Source of the DNA: Eubacteriales bacterium
GTDB lineage: Bacteria; Bacillota; Clostridia; Oscillospirales; CAG-272
Assembly (NCBI GenBank): GCA_045632345.1
Contig: JAZQWM010000008.1
Span: forward strand, 58,236 to 122,235
DNA: 64,000 nt
Direction: 5' to 3'
Part shown: positions 26,378 through 35,718 of the stretch, in pieces
How the letters are laid out: the number at the start of each line of letters is the position of its first letter
Position numbering within the stretch: the first letter of the stretch is position 1
Translations under genes and position numbers: made by a program
The notes under the pieces: model-generated
The model's input: the letters and a program-made list of their open reading frames with translations, nothing else
The model's database searches: none
Told to the model about the DNA's origin: nothing

Positions 26378-27250
26378 ATGAAACTTGCTACATACTATGG
26401 AAACGCTAAGAGTGCGTACTCATTCGTTTTTGATGACGGATGCTATCGCGAGTCAACTCTTGATGCATATGAAAATTTAAAAGAGGTTTACGAAAAGACA
26501 GGACAAAAAATCAAAATTACCTCTGCTCAAACTGTTGGCTTCTTGCACGAATGGATAATTAAAATGTGGAAGGACCTTATTAACGAGGGCTATTTTGATA
26601 TTTGCGGACACAGTATCGACCATTGCTTATGCTATAACGGCGAAACTGACCCTGAAAAATTACATAAGGACGCTAAGGAAACCAAGGAAAGACTTGAAGA
26701 AATTTACGGCACACCTGTAATTGCATATGTAACCCCAGGTGGTGGTAGCACACAGGAGGGTTGGGATATTCTTAAAGAATATTACTACTCAAACAGAAAC
26801 GGAAATGACCGAATTAACGACACATATAATATGAATTTATATGATGTTGGCACATTTACAACTCGCTTTGTTTACGATTTACAGCCATATATTGATAATA
26901 TTGACAAGACAATTAGCGAGGGCGGCTGGACTGTTCAAATGAACCATTGGCTCTCTAAAAAGGAGCAGGATACCCACCACGCCCAAAAGTACGAAACATT
27001 CTTACCTGAATGTATGTATCTAGCTGAGCAAGCTAACAAAAACAATATTTGGCTCTGCTCATATAATGATATGGTAAAATACATCTACATTCGCGATAAC
27101 TCCGAGTTAGTAGTTGAAAATACCGAAAACGGCACACAGGTTACACTAAAAACCGACCTTCCAACTGAAATTTTTGACGCTCCTGTGTCTCTAATTTTAG
27201 ATAACGGCAACGTTGTTGATATCTACGCTAACCAAACAATAAATATTTAG
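26378..27250 (+). CDS. polysaccharide deacetylase-like (CE4/NodB-like) protein
   Basis: FVFDDGC and CGHSIDH resemble NodB motifs 1 and 2. Confidence 0.5.
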   Translation: MKLATYYGNAKSAYSFVFDDGCYRESTLDAYENLKEVYEKTGQKIKITSAQTVGFLHEWIIKMWKDLINEGYFDICGHSIDHCLCYNGETDPEKLHKDAKETKERLEEIYGTPVIAYVTPGGGSTQEGWDILKEYYYSNRNGNDRINDTYNMNLYDVGTFTTRFVYDLQPYIDNIDKTISEGGWTVQMNHWLSKKEQDTHHAQKYETFLPECMYLAEQANKNNIWLCSYNDMVKYIYIRDNSELVVENTENGTQVTLKTDLPTEIFDAPVSLILDNGNVVDIYANQTINI

Positions 27251-27274
27251 CCGCCAGCAATGACTACATAAACA

Positions 27275-27312
27275 AAAAATAAACGCATACGGAAATCCGT
27301 ATGCGTTTTGTT
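27275..27312. terminator. bidirectional terminator between convergent genes
   Basis: ACGCATACGG-AAAT-CCGTATGCGT flanked by an A-run and a T-run. Confidence 0.85.
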
Positions 27313-27321
27313 TTATTGTAA

Positions 27322-27349
27322 TAGTGCTAACCGCTAGCGGCTGACAGCT
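27322..27349. repeat. heptamer-periodic tract
   Basis: TAGTGCT AACCGCT AGCGGCT GACAGCT, abutting the citrate synthase stop. Confidence 0.7.
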
Positions 27350-28722
27350 TATTTTCTTTCTTCCATAGGAACGTATTCGCCACGTGGAATGATTTCTTGG
27401 TAAGCAGGACGGATGATTTTGCCGTTCATTAAGATTTCCTCAAGGCGGTGTGCGCTCCAGCCTGCAATACGAGAAATTGCAAAGAGTGGTGTGTATAGCT
27501 CGTGAGGGATATCAAGCATGTCATAGATAAATCCACTATAAAAGTCAATGTTTGCACTAACGCCCTTGAAAATTGACTTATGCTCTGCAATGATTTGTGG
27601 AGCAAGTCTTTCAATTAACTGACAAAGCTTATAGTCCTTATCCTTGCCCTTTTCCTCTGAAAGCTTTTCAACAAATCTTCTTAAAATGCAAGCTCTTGGG
27701 TCGCTCTTTGAGTAAATTGCGTGTCCCATACCGTAAATAAGTCCCTTGCCATCAAATGCTTCCTTGTTTAAGATTTTGTGTAAGTAATCGGAAATTTGGT
27801 TTTCATCTGTCCAATCCTTAACGTTTTTCTTAATGTCCTCAATCATTTCAACAACCTTGATGTTAGCGCCACCGTGTCTTGGACCCTTAAGTGAGCCAAG
27901 GGATGCGGCGATTGTTGAGTAGGTATCTGTACCTGATGAAGAAACAACGTGAGTTGTAAAGGTGGAGTTATTACCGCCACCGTGCTCTGCATGTAAAACT
28001 AATGCAACGTCAAGAATTCTTGCTTCAAGCGGAGTATATTTTCCGTCCTTTCTTAACATATAAAGGAAGTTTTCCGCTGTGGAAAGACCTGCCTTTGGTG
28101 GGCGAATAACTAAGCTATTTTTCTTTTCATAGAATTCATATGCATGATATGCATAAACCGCTAAAAGTGGAAATTCTGAAATTAACTGTAAGCTTTGGCG
28201 AAGCACGTTTGGAATTGACGTATCATCTGCCTTGTCATCATAAGCATAAAGAGTAAGCACGCTACGTGCAAGTGAGTTCATCATATCCTTGCCTGATGCC
28301 TTCATAAGAATATCACGAACGAAATTCTTTGGAAGAGAACGGTATTTTGAAAGTAGCTTTATAAAATCATCAAGCTCCTCTTTATTTGGAAGAACACCGA
28401 AAAGAAGAAGGTAAACCGTTTCCTCATAACCGTGTCTGCCGTCCTTTAAAAATCCGTCAACAAGCTCATAGATGTTGATGCCACGGTAGAAAAGCTCGCC
28501 CTCGCAAGCAGTTCTTACGCCGTCAACGTACTTAAAGCCCTGTACCTCGGAAATTTCAGTAAGACCTACAACTACACCCTTACCGTCTTTTTCACGAAGT
28601 CCTCTTTTTACGTTATATTTTTCAAAAAGCTCTGCTTCAATAGTTGTGTTAATTGAGCATTTTTCCACGTAGCCCATAAGCTGTGGAGTGAGCTGTGTTA
28701 ATTCTTTCTTTACTCTTGCCAT
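27349..28722 (-). CDS. citrate synthase
   Basis: GMGHAIYSKSDPRA and the HGGAN motif. 457 aa. Confidence 0.9.
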   Translation of the reverse strand: MARVKKELTQLTPQLMGYVEKCSINTTIEAELFEKYNVKRGLREKDGKGVVVGLTEISEVQGFKYVDGVRTACEGELFYRGINIYELVDGFLKDGRHGYEETVYLLLFGVLPNKEELDDFIKLLSKYRSLPKNFVRDILMKASGKDMMNSLARSVLTLYAYDDKADDTSIPNVLRQSLQLISEFPLLAVYAYHAYEFYEKKNSLVIRPPKAGLSTAENFLYMLRKDGKYTPLEARILDVALVLHAEHGGGNNSTFTTHVVSSSGTDTYSTIAASLGSLKGPRHGGANIKVVEMIEDIKKNVKDWTDENQISDYLHKILNKEAFDGKGLIYGMGHAIYSKSDPRACILRRFVEKLSEEKGKDKDYKLCQLIERLAPQIIAEHKSIFKGVSANIDFYSGFIYDMLDIPHELYTPLFAISRIAGWSAHRLEEILMNGKIIRPAYQEIIPRGEYVPMEERK

Positions 28723-28758
28723 AGTTTCTCCTTTTTGTTCTCCACAAAAAGGAGAACA

Positions 28759-28932
28759 GTTATAATTGCCGCCAGCAAACTATGATTGCTACGCAAGTTA
28801 TGAAACTTCGTAGCTATGAGCCTTCGGCGTTTATTATTAAATAGGCAATTATATCATAACTTTCGCATTGCGAAATCATAACGCTTGCTTGCAAGCTCAT
28901 AACATTCGCATGGCGAATTCGTAACAAATGCC
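28759..28932. repeat. GTTATGA/TCATAAC hairpin-array element, copy A
   Basis: The left side reads ..GTTATGA-AACTTCGTAGC-TATGA-GCCTTCGGC and the core is ATAATTGCC. The right side has TCATAAC-TTTCGCATTGCGAAA, TCATAAC-GCTTGCTTGCAAGC and TCATAAC-ATTCGCATGGCGAAT, ending TCGTAAC. Confidence 0.85.
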
Positions 28933-29056
28933 TTTATATTATAAAAAATATACTCTATTCTATCACATAATTATGAACAATGTGTTAACAAATGAAAATT
29001 TGTTGAATTTTTTTAATAAAATTTGCATTTTTATTCATTATTATATGTATGTAAAA

Positions 29057-29087
29057 TAGAAAAGAGCTTAAATTTCGCTCTTTTCTT
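29057..29087 (-). terminator. Rho-independent terminator
   Basis: GAAAAGAGC...GCTCTTTTC hairpin with a T-run on the minus strand, 20 nt after the stop of the 29106 gene. Confidence 0.65.
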
Positions 29088-29105
29088 GCATTTAATGTGA
29101 AAATT

Positions 29106-29465
29106 TTACCATATATGAGTTGCAATTAAGCTGCTTTCGTTAAGGTCATCACATGCTAAAACCGAGTATGCGTTTTTAACTACCTTAACGCTTTCGCCAT
29201 CATCAAAGAGAAAATGAATATATTCCTTTTCTATATATGCTATGGCAATTTTGATTTTGTTATCGCTTTTTCTGCCTAAATATAAGTCAAACCAAATAAG
29301 GTCCTTGCCCTTAATTTCGCTAACGTTAAAAGACGCGCTTTCTATGAGCATTTCATCATTAAAGCATCCTCTTGCAACATGGTAAACGCTTACGTCTATT
29401 GTCTTTTTTATAGCGTTTTCTGCTACAACGCATTTTTTTAAATTTAAAATTTCTTGTTCGTTCAT
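29106..29465 (-). CDS. hypothetical protein
   Basis: 119-aa ORF. No motif recognised. Confidence 0.55.
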   Translation of the reverse strand: MNEQEILNLKKCVVAENAIKKTIDVSVYHVARGCFNDEMLIESASFNVSEIKGKDLIWFDLYLGRKSDNKIKIAIAYIEKEYIHFLFDDGESVKVVKNAYSVLACDDLNESSLIATHIW

Positions 29466-29483
29466 AGCTCATTCCTTCATAAT

Positions 29484-29508
29484 CTAGCCATCTGACCACT
29501 GACCACTA
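29484..29508. repeat. heptamer-periodic tract
   Basis: TAGCCAT CTGACCA CTGACCA CTATTAA, abutting the rsmG stop. Confidence 0.7.
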
Positions 29509-30231
29509 TTAAAGCGGCTTCTTTGAAATCTGCGAATTATTTCTTGGATACTTAGGTGGAGTGCTTTTTATCTTTCGTATTACTACGATTGATCGTTCAA
29601 TTTCCTCATTTCCGTCGGTAAGTGTGTAGGTAAACACTCTTTCAACCTTACCGCCCAATAAATCTATTGATTTTGTAGCTTCCTCAAGCTCCTCATCGGT
29701 TGAGAGGGATTTCATAGCAAGAAATACGCCGCCCACCTTAACTAACGGAATACAAAGCTCCGAAATTAAATTAAGTCTGCCAACTGCTCTTGCGGTAACA
29801 ACGTCAAAGGATTCTCTTTTGTTACCTTGACCTAAAACCTCAGCTCTTTCGTTTGAGGTTTTTTCGTTTTTAAGACCGAATTTTTGTGCGGTGCTTTCAA
29901 CGTAAGCAACCTTTTTTGATACGCTATCAACTGAAAATACAGACACATCAGGGCGTAAAATGGCAATTACAAGTGATGGAAAGCCACCGCCACAGCCGAT
30001 ATCACAAAGACTTGCATTTTCGGGAATGAACGGCACAACGGCAGAACTGTCAACCAAATGCTTTAAAATAACACCGTCCTCATCCTTAATAGCGGTAAGA
30101 TTTAATGTTTTATTTACCTCAAGCATGTGGCTTGAAAGTGCTTCAAGCTTAGCCGCATTTTCTTCATTTATTAAATTTTTAGTAGCATCGTTTCTGTTTG
30201 CTACGCTTATTAGTTTTTCTACAAATGACAT
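29509..30231 (-). CDS. rsmG: 16S rRNA (guanine527-N7)-methyltransferase RsmG (GidB)
   Basis: SAM motif DIGCGGGFP. Typical 240-aa GidB sequence. Confidence 0.9.
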   Translation of the reverse strand: MSFVEKLISVANRNDATKNLINEENAAKLEALSSHMLEVNKTLNLTAIKDEDGVILKHLVDSSAVVPFIPENASLCDIGCGGGFPSLVIAILRPDVSVFSVDSVSKKVAYVESTAQKFGLKNEKTSNERAEVLGQGNKRESFDVVTARAVGRLNLISELCIPLVKVGGVFLAMKSLSTDEELEEATKSIDLLGGKVERVFTYTLTDGNEEIERSIVVIRKIKSTPPKYPRNNSQISKKPL

Positions 30232-30240
30232 TTTTTCTTC

Positions 30241-31017
30241 CTATTTCCTTGTTAATAAGACCGCATCCTCAGGTGAAGCAACCTTTAAGTCAACACAAAA
30301 GCCGTTACTACAAAGTAAGCTACTAACGGTATTAAATGCAACCTCTGGCAAATTGTTTTCCTTGCTTAAATGTCCAAGAGTGATACATTTTACGCCGTTG
30401 TCTGCAAGATAGCAAGCAAGACGAGCGCAATTTTCGTTTGATAAGTGTCCGTATGGGGATAAAATTCTATCCTTTAAAACCTGTGGATACTTTCCCTCTT
30501 TGAGCATCTTTTTATCGTGGTTTGCTTCAATTAAAGCGCATCTGCATTTTATAAGCTCATTGGCAAGAGCTTCGGTAACGTGTCCCATATCGGTGGCTGT
30601 GCCGAAGGTGTCCTCGCCGTCGCTTACTATGTAGCCAAGATTTTGCATACTGTCGTGAGGCACCTCAAAGGATTTTACAGTTACGTCCCCCACCGTTTTT
30701 TCAAAAAGCACCTCATGGCGAACTGCGCTACGCTTTAAATAGGTGGTATTTTGTATCGCCTTATCATATGACGGATAAGCAAAATGCACGGGAATATTAT
30801 ATTTTTTAGAAATTACCTCAAGCCCTATGATGTGGTCGCTATGCTCGTGAGTTACGAAAATACTTGAAATATTTGAAAGAGATGTGCCGATTTTTGTAAG
30901 CGCCTTTTCAATGGCAAGACAGCTCTTGCCTGCATCAATAAGTATTTCAGTTTTTCCGCTTGCTACATAGGTACAGTTACCGCCTGAGCCTGAAAAAAGT
31001 GTGTATGCGGTTATCAT
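30241..31017 (-). CDS. MBL-fold metallo-hydrolase
   Basis: THEHSDH metallo-beta-lactamase motif. Confidence 0.85.
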   Translation of the reverse strand: MITAYTLFSGSGGNCTYVASGKTEILIDAGKSCLAIEKALTKIGTSLSNISSIFVTHEHSDHIIGLEVISKKYNIPVHFAYPSYDKAIQNTTYLKRSAVRHEVLFEKTVGDVTVKSFEVPHDSMQNLGYIVSDGEDTFGTATDMGHVTEALANELIKCRCALIEANHDKKMLKEGKYPQVLKDRILSPYGHLSNENCARLACYLADNGVKCITLGHLSKENNLPEVAFNTVSSLLCSNGFCVDLKVASPEDAVLLTRK

Positions 31018-32297
31018 TATAAAACTTGAATAGCGCCGTATGGTCTAATTCTTAGAATATGACAAGCGCCCTCACCAAGAGCAGAGTCAATTTCTTCCTT
31101 ATATGCCTTAACCTGCTCAAATGGTACAAATGCTTGAATTGTACCTGCAAATCCACCGCCGTGTACACGCCAAGCGGCACCTGTATCGCAAAGGATATTT
31201 TCAGTAATTGCAAGTGCAAGTGATAAGCCTTGCTCACTTACGTTCTTAGTTGTGTAAACGTTTTGTAAGAATTTAAAGCTTGAATTTCCTGACTTTAACA
31301 CAAATTCAAGGAAGGATTCAACGTCGTTTTCCTTTAAGTAGCTTGCTTGGGCGGAAACTCTATCGTTTTCGTTAAAGAAGTGGTATGCTCTTAAAATTGC
31401 TCTGTCGCCTACCTTTTCGCGAAGGGCTTTAACGTTTGCAAGCACCTCGCCAAGGCAAGTTTGTCTTAAATATTCACAGCCAAGCTCCCTTGCAACTGCT
31501 TTCATTTCAGATGGTACTGAAGCATAATCGTCATTTAAGTCAGCGTGGTTGCCACCTGTATTTACAATACAAAGAGCATAGCCTGCGCCACTTAGGTTAA
31601 AGTCGATTTTTTCAATCTTAGGATTTTTTGTATCCTCAAAGTCAATATAAACAAATCCGCCAACTGCACACGCCATTTGGTCCATAAGTCCGCAAGGCTT
31701 ACCAAAGAATACGTTTTCTGAAAATTGTGCCATTTTAGCGATTTCTACGTTGTCAACCTTGCCGTCATTATAGAAATAGTTAAGAATATTACCAACCATT
31801 ACCTCAAATGCCGCAGAGGAAGAAAGACCTGAGCCCTTAAATACGTTTGACGTTGTATAAGCGATATAACCGCCCTTATTGTAGCCACCATTTGCAAATG
31901 CTTTTGCCATACCTGCAATTAAAGCACCTGACTTAAAGAAGTCAGCTTCGTTTGGCTCTGTATATGTATTTGTGTCGATTTTATCTTCATCAAAGCCCTT
32001 TGACTTAATTCTAATTACACCGTCATCTGTCTTTGATGCAATAGCAATAATATCAAGGTTGATTGAGCCTGCAAGCACCTTGCCGTGGTTATGGTCTGTG
32101 TGGTTGCCTGAAATTTCGCTTCTGCCCGGAACTGAGAAGATTGAAACCTCTCTATCTCCGTAAATATTTAAAAAGTCGGAAATTGCTTCCTCATATCTTG
32201 CTTTTTGGCTCTCTACGTTTTCCTCTCCGTAGATATCAGCAAGCTTTGAGTTTAATTCTCCATTTTTTACATAATTTAAAAGCTCTGTTGTTTTCAT
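31017..32297 (-). CDS. galactokinase-family GHMP kinase
   Basis: PGRSEISGNHTDHNHG (galactokinase signature-like) and GHMP motif GSGLSSSAAFEV. Confidence 0.8.
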   Translation of the reverse strand: MKTTELLNYVKNGELNSKLADIYGEENVESQKARYEEAISDFLNIYGDREVSIFSVPGRSEISGNHTDHNHGKVLAGSINLDIIAIASKTDDGVIRIKSKGFDEDKIDTNTYTEPNEADFFKSGALIAGMAKAFANGGYNKGGYIAYTTSNVFKGSGLSSSAAFEVMVGNILNYFYNDGKVDNVEIAKMAQFSENVFFGKPCGLMDQMACAVGGFVYIDFEDTKNPKIEKIDFNLSGAGYALCIVNTGGNHADLNDDYASVPSEMKAVARELGCEYLRQTCLGEVLANVKALREKVGDRAILRAYHFFNENDRVSAQASYLKENDVESFLEFVLKSGNSSFKFLQNVYTTKNVSEQGLSLALAITENILCDTGAAWRVHGGGFAGTIQAFVPFEQVKAYKEEIDSALGEGACHILRIRPYGAIQVL

Positions 32298-33088
32298 TTT
32301 ATTTCTCCTTTAAGGTTTACTAATTCGCAGGAAATTCCTCTTCCTGTGTCTGTATCTATTTCAAAAATCGCTCCGTTAAATTCAATTTCGCCATCTGCAA
32401 AATCAAATTTTGAAAGCAGTTTGTTTTTTAGCTTAAATATAACCGCTTCCTTTTTAACGCCTAAAATACTATCGTAAGGACCACACATACCAATATCAGT
32501 AACGTATGCGCATTTGCCGTCAAGTATTCTTGCATCATTTGTTTGAATATGAGTGTGAGTGCCGAATATTACACCGATTTTGTCGTCAAAATTGTAAGCG
32601 ATTGCTTTCTTTTCGCCTGTTGCCTCAGCGTGAATATCTAAAACTGCAAAATCATATTCGCCTTTGTTTCTGTTTAACGCTTTTTCAACTGCTTCAAATG
32701 GGCAGTTAGGGGGATTATCGGAATAAACCTGTCCCATAACGTTTAAAAGAAGCATTTTGTAGCCGTTTATATCAATAATCGTGTCTCCGTGTCCTGGACA
32801 GGATGAAACGAAATTGAGAGGGCGCACTATTTTTTCTTCATCGTCAAGATAACGAAAAACAGTAGTTTTTCTAAATACGTGGTTGCCTGTTGTGATAGCG
32901 TCAACACCGCTTGCAAAAAGCGTTTCGGCGGTCTGCTTGTCAATTCCGTTAGGCTCTGATGCATTTTCGCCGTTGGCAATAACGCCATCAACTCTGTATT
33001 TTTTTCTTATCGCCCATAAATTTTTTCTTAAATATTCTACCGCGCTCGGCCCTACAATATCGCCGATTGCAAGTAAACGAATAGACAT
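32294..33088 (-). CDS. YmdB-like metallophosphoesterase (TIGR00282 type)
   Basis: LLAIGDIVG, GENA and TGNH motifs. 264 aa. Confidence 0.85.
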   Translation of the reverse strand: MSIRLLAIGDIVGPSAVEYLRKNLWAIRKKYRVDGVIANGENASEPNGIDKQTAETLFASGVDAITTGNHVFRKTTVFRYLDDEEKIVRPLNFVSSCPGHGDTIIDINGYKMLLLNVMGQVYSDNPPNCPFEAVEKALNRNKGEYDFAVLDIHAEATGEKKAIAYNFDDKIGVIFGTHTHIQTNDARILDGKCAYVTDIGMCGPYDSILGVKKEAVIFKLKNKLLSKFDFADGEIEFNGAIFEIDTDTGRGISCELVNLKGEIK

Positions 33089-33108
33089 ATATTTTCTCCT
33101 ATCTATTA

Positions 33109-33322
33109 GCGAAATTACTTCGCTACAAGTTATGAATTCGCCTTGCGAATGTTATGAGCTTGCATGCAAGCGTTATGAGTTTACTCCGTAAACGTTATGA
33201 TATGATTGCCATAAAGTAACCTTAAACTGTGCCAAGGCACATCATAACAATGCGAATCATTTCATAACGACGCAGTCTCATAGTTTGCCGAAGGCAATCA
33301 TAGTTGCGTAAATTACTTCCGC
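33109..33322. repeat. GTTATGA/TCATAAC hairpin-array element, copy B
   Basis: Four GTTATGA+hairpin units, then core TATGATTGCCATAAAGTAACCTTAAAC + TGTGCCAAGGCACA, then TCATAAC/TCATAG+hairpin units. The right end overlaps the pncB stop. Confidence 0.9.
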
Positions 33323-34758
33323 CCTTGACGAAGTAATTTATGCTTTTCGTCCCATAGTCTTTGTGAAAGGTCAACGTAGTAGTTGTGAGGATTTTCAAAA
33401 CGAAGCACCTCATCCCACATAGAATCAAGCTCGCTTTGACAGTATGCGCGAATTTCTTCAATGGTTGGATTTTCGTAAACACATTCGCCCTTTACAAATA
33501 CAGGAACAAGTAACTCTCTTAACGTGTAATTTTCCATTACCTTACGCTTCCATGTGTGGTCAGGGTCAAAAAGCTCATATGGAGCGTTTTCATCAATTAC
33601 CTCATCATGAATTGTAAGAAGGTCTGCCTCTGCCTTGCCTGTGTCCTTTGAGTAGAAGCGGTATACCTTTTTAAAGTCCGGATTTGTAATCTTTGCAGCA
33701 TTTTCGCTTATCTTGATTTTTGGCTTAATTCCGTTTTTGTCCTCAACTGCGCATAGCTTATATACACCGCCAAAAACAGGCTCACTCCTTGCAGTTATAA
33801 GTCTTTCGCCAACGCCAAACATATCAACCTGTGCGCCTTGTAAAAGAATATCTCTTATAATGTATTCATCAAGTGAGTTGGAAACTACAATCTTACATTT
33901 TGGAAGTCCACTGTTATCAAGTATTTTTCTTATCTTTTTTGTAAGATAGGTAATATCTCCTGAGTCAATACGGATAGCGCAATTTTCTCTTTGCTCCTCG
34001 GTTAGACATTCCTTAAATGCTTTAATAGCATTTGGAAGACCGCTATTTAATACATCATAGGTATCAATTAAAAGCGTTGGGTTGTTTGGATAAAGAGTAC
34101 AGTAGGTTTTAAATGCTTCAAGCTCTGTATCAAACATTTGAATCCAGGAGTGCGCCATTGTGCCGCCTGCCTTTGCGCCAAACATCTTATCGGAAATAGC
34201 GCATGATGTGGAAGCACAACCGCCAATATATGCAGCTCGTGAGCCATAAATTGCAGCATCAGGACCGTGGGCGCGTCTTGCACCGAATTCGGAAACGGGT
34301 CTGCCCTTTGCGGCTCTTACAATTCTTGAAGATTTAGTTGCAACTAAGCTTTGATGATTTACAATCAAAAGCACAAATGTTTCAATAAATTGCGCTTCCA
34401 TAGCAGTTCCGCGAACAGTCATAATAGGCTCATTTGGGAAAATTACAGTTCCTGACGGAACACTCCAAATGTCGCCTCTAAATTTAAAGTCCTTTAGGTA
34501 GGCTAAAAACTCCTCATCAAAAATTCCCTTTGAACGAAGATATTCAATATCATCATTCTCAAACTTAATTGATTTAATATACTCAATAATTTGTTCAAGA
34601 CCGCAGAAAATAGCATAACCGCCATTGTCCGGCACCTTTCTAAAAAATACATCAAAGTATGCAATCTTGTCCTTAATTTCAGAGTGGAAATATCCACGAG
34701 CCATTGTAAGCTCATAAAAGTCGCATAAAAGCGTTAGCTTTCTTTCATCAATTTTCAT
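33313..34758 (-). CDS. pncB: nicotinate phosphoribosyltransferase
   Basis: 481 aa. N-terminal LTLLCDFYELTMA and GTMAHSWIQ motifs are typical of PncB. Confidence 0.9.
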   Translation of the reverse strand: MKIDERKLTLLCDFYELTMARGYFHSEIKDKIAYFDVFFRKVPDNGGYAIFCGLEQIIEYIKSIKFENDDIEYLRSKGIFDEEFLAYLKDFKFRGDIWSVPSGTVIFPNEPIMTVRGTAMEAQFIETFVLLIVNHQSLVATKSSRIVRAAKGRPVSEFGARRAHGPDAAIYGSRAAYIGGCASTSCAISDKMFGAKAGGTMAHSWIQMFDTELEAFKTYCTLYPNNPTLLIDTYDVLNSGLPNAIKAFKECLTEEQRENCAIRIDSGDITYLTKKIRKILDNSGLPKCKIVVSNSLDEYIIRDILLQGAQVDMFGVGERLITARSEPVFGGVYKLCAVEDKNGIKPKIKISENAAKITNPDFKKVYRFYSKDTGKAEADLLTIHDEVIDENAPYELFDPDHTWKRKVMENYTLRELLVPVFVKGECVYENPTIEEIRAYCQSELDSMWDEVLRFENPHNYYVDLSQRLWDEKHKLLRQGRK

Positions 34759-34838
34759 AATCTACCTCACATATCTATAAAAAGATATAGTTATATATAT
34801 AATAAAATAAATGTAATTAAATTGCAAGACTTTTTTAA

Positions 34839-34875
34839 CAAAAAAACAGATTGCGGCGTGCAATCTGTTATTTTT
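34839..34875 (-). terminator. Rho-independent terminator
   Basis: CAGATTGC-GGCGT-GCAATCTG flanked by an A-run and a T-run. Confidence 0.75.
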
Positions 34876-34935
34876 GTTAGGGGATAGGGACAGGGGATAG
34901 GGGTTCGCTACGCTCACAGGGTGGATACCTATCGC
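34876..34935. repeat. G-rich heptamer tract plus conserved core TTCGCTACGCTCACAGGG
   Basis: TTAGGGG ATAGGGA CAGGGGA TAGGGGT TCGCTAC GCTCACA GGG. A 29-nt exact match to 38994-39022. Confidence 0.85.
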
Positions 34936-34991
34936 CAATTTGCCGAAATCAATTTCGTTTGAGAAAAACTCAATATTGATTTATAACGCGA

Positions 34992-35519
34992 TTAAATCTT
35001 ACGATATACCCCATGATTTTCTAATGCATTTACAATTGACGTTACTCCTATTCTCATATCGCCAACAAAAAACAACAATTTGTCGGTTTTATCATATACA
35101 CTCAATTGGTTATATGAAAAAGAATAATTCGACATTTGGTTATAGCTAACAAAGGCCTTTTTAAACATTCGATGAACTTTAATTCCGTCCTTTGTTATTA
35201 CCTCATAATTTGATATGCAAATGAAAAATATCAATAAAGGTATTGAAATTACAAACGTGCAACTTAACGGATAAGCAATTAAAAACCCAATATCCAATTC
35301 TTGCTTGGTTAAAATTATAGCGAGTGTACCAACAATAAATATCGTTATTAAAGCAATTGAAATAATTAGCGATGTAACAGTTCTTCTTTTTGGTGCGTGT
35401 GTTCTTTCAATATGTGAGTCGCTTTGCTCTTCTTTTTTTGATGATGAAAAAAACAACCATTCAAGCAAAAATGCGATTAAAACTAACGCAATAGGAAAAA
35501 TTAAAATAAACCAAATCAT
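34992..35519 (-). CDS. membrane protein with C-terminal soluble (PH-like?) domain
   Basis: Three to four TM helices, then about 70 aa of soluble sequence. AT-rich gene. Confidence 0.55.
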   Translation of the reverse strand: MIWFILIFPIALVLIAFLLEWLFFSSSKKEEQSDSHIERTHAPKRRTVTSLIISIALITIFIVGTLAIILTKQELDIGFLIAYPLSCTFVISIPLLIFFICISNYEVITKDGIKVHRMFKKAFVSYNQMSNYSFSYNQLSVYDKTDKLLFFVGDMRIGVTSIVNALENHGVYRKI

Positions 35520-35523
35520 AAAC

Positions 35524-35616
35524 TTACCTCAATTCATTAAATGCTCTTCTTAAAATGTTTGATGTTTCAATTTTCTTTTTATATCTTTTGTATTCTTCAA
35601 TTTTTGAGTTGTCCAT
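35524..35616 (-). CDS. possible 30-aa micro-ORF
   Basis: Own translation MDNSKIEEYKRYKKKIETSNILRRAFNELR. AAAGGAGA lies 5 nt upstream, and the stop is 4 nt before the next start. Confidence 0.3.
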   Translation of the reverse strand: MDNSKIEEYKRYKKKIETSNILRRAFNELR

Positions 35617-35718
35617 GATTTCTCCTTTATAGTCCGTAAAGTCGTTTATCGTAGTCGGTAAGGCTTTCTAATTTGTCCCTTCTCATTATTTTAGTAATAG
35701 GTTTATCCCAAAACACTT

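Noticed and set aside
28759-28932. Could the GTTATGA/TCATAAC arrays be CRISPR arrays?
   Set aside because: The conserved unit is only 7 nt. The 'spacers' are 13-16 nt self-complementary hairpins. The two halves of each element are inverted relative to each other. No cas genes or leader are present.
33109-33322. AAATTACTTC(C)GC at both ends of element B (33113-33125 and 33309-33322) as a target-site duplication.
   Set aside because: The left copy is itself one of the element's hairpins (GCGAA-ATTAC-TTCGC). The right copy includes an indel. No comparable flanking duplication is visible at copies A, C or D.
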